Below, piece by piece: positions 51,020-64,000 of a stretch of DNA of 64,000 bases (positions within the stretch are counted from its first letter, which is position 1; every line of letters starts with the position of its first letter). Origin of the DNA: Salpingoeca rosetta (Eukaryota; Protista; Choanoflagellata); assembly GCA_033442325.1 (NCBI GenBank), contig JAWQFM010000002.1, positions 1,688,307 through 1,752,306 of the forward strand, in the 5' to 3' direction. The notes under the pieces are model-generated. The model saw only the letters and a program-made list of their open reading frames with translations, searched no databases and had not been told where the DNA came from. The translations under genes were made by a program, and so were the position numbers.

Positions 51020-51107
51020 GTGCGCTGTGATGAAAAGATTATGCCGCCCCAGTCCGAACATACTGTGTGGAGAGTGCATAACATGTCCTTTATGAGGCTG
51101 AGCGTAC
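51020..51107 (+). ncRNA. Box C/D snoRNA copy 2 (identical 76-nt core)
   Basis: Terminal stem GTGCGC/GCGTAC, box C GTGATGA (51027) and box D CTGA (51098). Core 51028-51103 is identical to 50801-50876. Confidence 0.9.
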
Positions 51108-51615
51108 GTGCCATCGTTCCGTTTCTCCACCACCTTGCTTCTCTGCTGCGATGTCACACTCACGCAACTACGTCGCACGCGCTGTTCCCCCATTGCCTGT
51201 TCAACACGCAGGAAGCCACTAGGATGAAGGCAGACGGATTTCCCCAAGGTTCTGCCTGAGTGCAGCTGAAAGGCGTCGGCCACCCCCAACACAGACACCT
51301 GCACGTGCAACGTGTTTGTGCTTTCCTTCCGGATTAACCCTCGGCACCAAGCATGCCATGTGCTCGCTTGCGTGCCTTGCTGGCCCTTTGCTTCGGCGTG
51401 ATGTGATGTTGCTTCCTTCCTGACGGTGCTCGACACACGCCACGATTCCGCTTTTTTGCGTGCTTTCGGATGCCTCGTTGGGGTTTACATTACTGCCACA
51501 GTTGCTTGAGCTGAAGCCTCTGCGCTGAGCTTACGTTTAATGATGTGTGGTAACGATTGTTGTGGTTGCTGTTGCTGTGTGGCTCCATCTGCGACCTCTC
51601 CGAGTGATGGTCTCT

Positions 51616-52085
51616 TCACTGCTCTTCTTGGGAAACAGTAAACACGCGCAACAAGAAGTTGAGCAGCGCTCGTTCAAAGCGGCCGGGGTCGTCCAAGTAA
51701 CACGGGTGCGACCCGTTGCTAATGTGATGGCGTTAAGCAGTGACAGCGTCGTGCATGTTGAGGGAGGGAGGGGGGTGGGAGCGGAAGAAAGTGAGGTGCG
51801 AGGGGTGTGCTAATGTAAAGAAGAGTGTCAAACAGCCAGAAGCGTGAGCAAAGGCAGAAGCAGAGGCACGAGCGGAGACAAAAGGTCAACTACACGAGCA
51901 AAGCATTCGCGCGCACACACTGAGCAGGCAGATACACAGACACACACACAGACAGACGCAGACACACAGACAGACAGAGACACAGAGACACGCACAGACG
52001 CACGCACGCACAAACGCACACACACACACACACAGACAGACGCACAGACACACACAGACACAGACACAGACACACACACACAGAC

Positions 52086-52151
<66 letters not shown>

Positions 52152-52982
52152 AGGCCGAGGGCCTTACGGGATCATGAAGGTGTTCGAGTTTGGCATGTTG
52201 GCGAGGATACGCGAGCGTGTGCTTCCGCCACTGTCCTTCTCCCCATAGATGATCAGCGCGGGCGTTTGCACCTGTTCAAGGTGTTCGTGGGGGTGCGTGT
52301 GCGGGCGTGGGGGTTGGGGGGGGGGTGAGGGTCACGCACAAAGGAATGCGAAGAAACACGACAGTGAGGGGTTCACTGCGCTTTCAACACCAGCGTATAC
52401 ACACGCATTGAAGACCAATCGCTGCCTCTCTCTATTTCTCGCCCTGTGCCTCTCGCAGTGTTCGTCTCCGTGTCTCTCTCAGTGTCACGTGCGTCACCAC
52501 CAAACCAAACCTTTGCATAGTCGCTTGGTTCGTACTTCTCGACGCCAACCGGAGCCACCGGCACAAACCCGCTCATGACATCTTGCCCCGACATCAGCAG
52601 CGGAATCGAGAATGAGCCTGCAAGTCATGGTGTGTGTCCGTGCATGCGTACGTGTGTAAGTAAGTGTGGCGAGGGGTCGAAGCCACGCGACGTCACGCAA
52701 TCGGCTGCACGCAAGCCATGGCACAAGCAGACCTGACATGGACGGCGACACGATGACTGGCTTCCCCGCCCCGATCGTGGCCAGCAGGGCCTGTGTGTGA
52801 TTTGTGGGGGGGGGGGAATTGAAGACGAGGTTGTGAGGTAGGCAAGCAAGCATGCGTGAAAGGTCACATGCATATGACAGATGCACAGACACAGGCACGC
52901 ATGAGTACATCCGCTCAAGCCAAACAGACAGACAAACAGGTACACGTAAGCATACACACACACACACACACACACACGCACG

Positions 52983-53079
<97 letters not shown>

Positions 53080-53169
53080 ATCGTGTTCTCGACCCACGTC
53101 GCCTTTGTTGGGTCCTTCTGGCTCGTACGTGGCGACAAACACGCTGTCAACTTCCTCCGTCAACGTCTG

Positions 53170-53252
<83 letters not shown>

Positions 53253-53924
53253 CAAAGGGGTTAAAGACAACGTGAACAAGGTTCACACAGGCAGACAGAC
53301 AGACAGACAGACACACAAAGTATATGCACACAGGCACATAAACACACATACACACACAGACGCACCTTAACGATGAGCTCGTTCTCATCTCGAGCAAAGG
53401 CAAACGCCCGCGGCTCCAGGAATGTCTCGTGGTACGGCTGGCTTTGCCGCTCCTGTTGCTGCTGCCGCCGTGCTTCCTCGTCACCCATGTCTTTGTGGTG
53501 CCTGGTGAGCGGCGGAGCTCGTCCTTGCTCTTCTTGTGCGCCAAGTCCGCTCGCGTCGGCTTCGCTCCGTTCCCCTTGCTGCTGCTGATACTGGCGCACG
53601 GCTACGCGCTCGCCCCCAGCAATGTCGTCGCCCTTGAGCCCGTTCAGCACAAATACTAGCACAGCTACCACGCACACGCCTGCCAAGCCCACCTTCTGTT
53701 GGAGTGGTGAATGTGCAATCAGGAATGAAGGGCGCAACGCAGGTCGGGGAATGAATGATGCGTGCGATCACTGTGTGTCGTCGCAGAAGCAATGCGAAGC
53801 CCATAAGATGCAATGAGAAGCACTGCAAAGTCATGTGAAGCAAGCAGCGTACCACGATCCGTGAGCGCGCCGCCTTGCGGCCTTCCTGCTGCTCTGCAAG
53901 CTGCTGTCTCCAATGCGCCCTCAT
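51616..53924 (-). CDS. Alpha/beta hydrolase, ABHD14-like with an N-terminal TM segment (ABHD14A-type); central exon(s) not visible
   Basis: Motifs [11 protein letters not shown] (nucleophile), [20 protein letters not shown] and [10 protein letters not shown] segment [16 protein letters not shown]. Confidence 0.85.
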
Positions 53925-54072
53925 CACCACCGCCAAACACACAACATCAACAAGCAAGAAAGGAAAGAAGCCCGGTTGTTGCTGACTGTGCTGTTGTTGT
54001 TTTTGGCGCACTCATCCATCAACCACCTTGGCCGCTGTGACACACCAAGACGACCATCATCGCGTGCGCAGG

Positions 54073-56865
<2,793 letters not shown>

Positions 56866-57429
56866 CACAATGGCACATGTGCATGTGTGTGTTTGTGGAT
56901 TGGTGTGCAAGTGTGTGCATGTGTTATGTTTGTAAGTGCGTGTGGATTGGTGTGCAAGTAAGTGTGTACATGTGTGTGTGTGTTTGTAAGTGCGTGTGCG
57001 TGTGCGTGTTCGTGTAATCAAAGACTCTGTTTGTGGCCCAAATGAGTACAAAGACACAGCGTGATTTTGATGTGACAGCAGTCACTTTACTGTTTCAGCT
57101 ATTCGTGACAAACAAGAAGTGAGGGGAGCTCCTAGACGGAGGGTCAGTTACAATAGCAAGGCAGGAGGGGCAGATGGAAGAGGGAAGACACAGACACAGA
57201 CACAGACGCAGACACAGACACACACACACACACACAGACACAGACACACACAGACACAGACACACACACACACCCACACACAACATACGTCAGTTGATCT
57301 GGGCGCTGAGAACGCTGCGGTGCACCTGCGCAGATGTTCCCCGACTCCCGTCTGCAGTGTTCGATGATGAAGGCGATGGTGGCGATGATGATGAGAGTGA
57401 TGGAAGGAAGCGCGAGCAGCACTGAAGCA

Positions 57430-61096
<3,667 letters not shown>

Positions 61097-61417
61097 GTTC
61101 CCGCGTTTCCGCCACAACCTGTCCTGCCTGTTGCTGAATTTTTGCAAATGTCTTCATATACTCTTCCGTAACCGCTGCTGCTGCCATAACAGCAAGTGTT
61201 TTTCGCGCGCCCACCACCACCTTCCTGCCAAGCATCAACCACCACATCATTCAACTGACCATCCTGCAAGCAGAGCAGACCAGCCATCTGTCGATCTCAT
61301 CGTGGAGTTACAGGATCGCGAAGGCGAAGCGTGACACGGATAGCAGAGAACCGTGGCTGGGTGTCTCTGTGTCAGTTATTTATCCTGGTGTCCTGCATTT
61401 CCTTGTGTCTTCGTGTG

Positions 61418-62178
61418 ATGATGGCGTCTTTACGGGATGTGAGCCGCACCACCGTGCATCCAGCCATCGCTGCGCTGCAAAAGGAGCTGACACAGGCTGC
61501 CAAAGAGCCCTTGTTTCGCGTTCAAGAGTCCACCTTCTCCAACCGAGATCTCGAGTGAGCGCTCGACAGGCTGCACAGTGTGTCGTGTCGTGTTGTGTTG
61601 TGTTGTGTTGTGTTGTGTTGTGTTGTGTTGTGTTGTGTTGTGTTGTGTTGTGTTGTGTTGTGTTGTGTTGTGTTGTGTTGTGTTGTGTTGTGTTGTGTTG
61701 TGTTGTGTTGTGTTGTGTTGTGTTGTGTTGTGTTGTGTTGTGTTGTGTTGTGTTGTGTTGTGTTGTGTTGTGTTGTGTTGTGTTGTGTTGTGTTGTGTTG
61801 TGTTGTGTTGTGTTGTGTTGTACGTTGTGTTGTACGTTGTGTTGTACGTTGTGAGCGCATTAGACTTTCGCGAAACAGACCTGCAGCGTGCATCGTACTC
61901 ACGGCAACAACACACTTCATACGCCATTCACGCATCGCATTGCCCGACTCCCACATGTCAGGCGATACCGCAACCTGAAGCTGTATGAGAAGCGGCATGA
62001 TAGACGGGACATGAAGAAGAACTTGCTGTTCTACTCCAACAAGATCAAATCCAGTCCGTACGGCGACAAGATCGACACGATTCACAGGTTGCTGAGGGAA
62101 GCTGGGTTTTCTCTCTTGCCTGTGCATGGTGCTTTTCTTTCGCTGTCATGGACGAGCATGACGACAAGCTGCACCCAG

Positions 62179-62268
<90 letters not shown>

Positions 62269-64000
62269 GGCGCGCACCATCGTGTGGTGTCACATCTGTT
62301 TGGCAGGGTGTGGTGCAACCAGTTTGATAAGTTGGAGGAACACCACGGCTACATCCAGTGGCTGTTTCCCATTCACGAGAAAGGCATGGCCTTTGAATCG
62401 CAGGTGTTGCAAGTACACGAGCGCGAGGCAATCAAATCACAGCCAAAGCTCATCACCAGGTGCGTTGCGTGTGTGTGTGTGTTTGTGTGTATGCGTGTGT
62501 ATTTGTGTGCTTGTGTATGTCGTGTGTATTTTCGCTTGCTTGCTCGGTTTCGTGGTCGAACCATTTCGTCTCGTGCTGCTGCTGCTGCTGCTGCTCTTAC
62601 TCCTACTACTGCTGCCGTGGTTTAGGTTTATCAAGTCGTACAAGATGATGCTCAAATTTTACGGCTTTCGCCTCGTCGACACGTACGTGGGTGGTGTTCA
62701 GTGTGTGCAGTGTGGTGCGAGATGCGATGCGATCGTGTTTGCATGAATGCCTTCTGTCCATTGCGCTTTTTGTGTGCGCGTGCATGTATTTTGCGTGTGT
62801 GCATGTGCGCATGTGTGTGCGTGTGCGTGTGTGCATGTGTGCGCGCGGGTGTGTGTGTGTTTGCGACACTGCAAGCTGTGCACTTCTTGTGCTTGTTGAT
62901 CCCGCGTCACAACGTCACTTCGTCACCACGTCACCTCTTTGCCGCGTTATGTCTCAACCATCCTTGCGGGTGCAGGGAGACTGGTGAGATTGCGCTGAAT
63001 GAGAAGGCCTCGAAGCGCCACGACAACTTGAACCACCGCTATCACAACTATCTCCGCATCACGCGCATTCTGAAGAGCCTGGGCCTGTTTGGGCTGCCCC
63101 ACTACCAGTCGGCGTTTATGGCCGGCATGTTGCGCGCCATGATCACCCACCATCTCTTTCCAAACGCGAGATCAAGGTGTGTGGCTGTGAGCGTGAGTGA
63201 GTGGGTGTGTGCGCGAGTGAGTGAGTGAGTGAGTGAGTGAGTGAGTGAGTGAGTGAGTGAGTGAGTGAGTGAGTGAGTGAGTGAGTAAGTGAGTGAGTGA
63301 ATAAGTGTGTGAGTGAATAAGTGACTGTGGCTGTGACTGTGAGAGTGTGAGTATGAGTGTGATTAAGAGTTGCGTGTGCTTGTGTGGCTTGTTGTGCGAG
63401 CGCGCCGCTTCCTGTGAGCTGTTAGCCTGATGCTTCAGCATTCCGTTGCTTGTGCTGGTCCGCATGCCGTTTCGTGATCATCTCTTGCCTCACGGTTTGT
63501 CTGTCACAACCTCCGTTTTCGCCCTTTCTGTCACCCCTTCACCCCTTGTCCCTCCCTTATCCGTTCTCTCTTGCCACAGTTGTGCAGGCTTCTGGGTGAA
63601 TGCAGTGCTGAACGACGCGGACCGGGCGGCGCTGCAGCAAGTGATCACAGACCACAGCCGCGCGCCCAGCGCTCCGGCCTCACGCACCGTCTCGGACGCC
63701 CTGCTCATGGACTCGCTGGACATGTACGGGTTTGCCACGGACGACGACGACGACGACAGCGATGATGATGACGATGCGGAAGCAAACGGAGGCGAGGAGA
63801 CACACGAAGAAGGGAAGCTGAAGCATGCAAAGGAAGGGCCCGAGGACGACGAGGCCATCAGCGGCGGAGATGGTGTCGCCAGCGTGCACAAGCCGGGCGC
63901 AGCAAGCATGTCCAAGTACAGCCCGCAGGCGACGCGCCTGTCAAAGGCGCCCAAGTTTTCCACCGAGGGCGGTGACGGCGATGACGGCAATGACGGCGCA
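61418..64000 (+). CDS. OGFr conserved-domain protein, paralog B (runs off the window end)
   Basis: Segments KNLLFYSNKIKSSPYGDKIDTIH, LEEHHGYIQWLFPIHE, SYKMMLKFYGF and HNYLRITRILKSLG, followed by an acidic tail. Confidence 0.9.
61590..61850. repeat. (TGTTG)n pentanucleotide microsatellite in OGFr paralog B intron 1
   Basis: Direct inspection. Confidence 0.95.

Noticed and set aside
50801-51103. Direct repeat interpreted as CRISPR, LTR or assembly duplication
   Set aside because: There are only two copies, bounded exactly by C and D boxes with different but pairing flanks, so snoRNAs explain it.
51335-51493. Long imperfect hairpin ending in ACA-NNN (possible second H/ACA RNA)
   Set aside because: There is no proper ANANNA H box, no target was identified, and the ACA is too close to the next acceptor.

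Overview
Gene-dense, intron-rich eukaryotic DNA whose introns are packed with (GT)n/(CA)n microsatellites. The animal-like gene content and repeat style suggest a unicellular holozoan, most likely a choanoflagellate such as Salpingoeca; this is an inference, not a database match. Most ORFs in the supplied track are microsatellite artefacts, so I joined exons by eye at GT..AG boundaries. Family calls rest on motifs recalled from memory. There are about 17 protein genes: arylsulfatase (partial), NCKIPSD/SPIN90, an intronless galaxin-like di-cysteine surface protein, TUT1, a Kir K+ channel, a basic protein with a UAP56-binding-like motif, MTFMT, CEP89-like, PSMG2, NRDE2, an intronless polyQ protein, MMADHC, a membrane-anchored Nudix hydrolase, ABHD14-like, RAD51B, and two OGFr-domain paralogs flanking RAD51B. 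The most notable signals are non-coding and absent from the ORF track. They are an intronic box H/ACA snoRNA with an 18S rRNA guide pocket, a tandem pair of box C/D snoRNAs aimed at the LSU P-loop in an apparently non-coding host, an unassigned multi-branched structured RNA candidate at 22146-22331, and a polarised GU-repeat/CA-repeat intron architecture.
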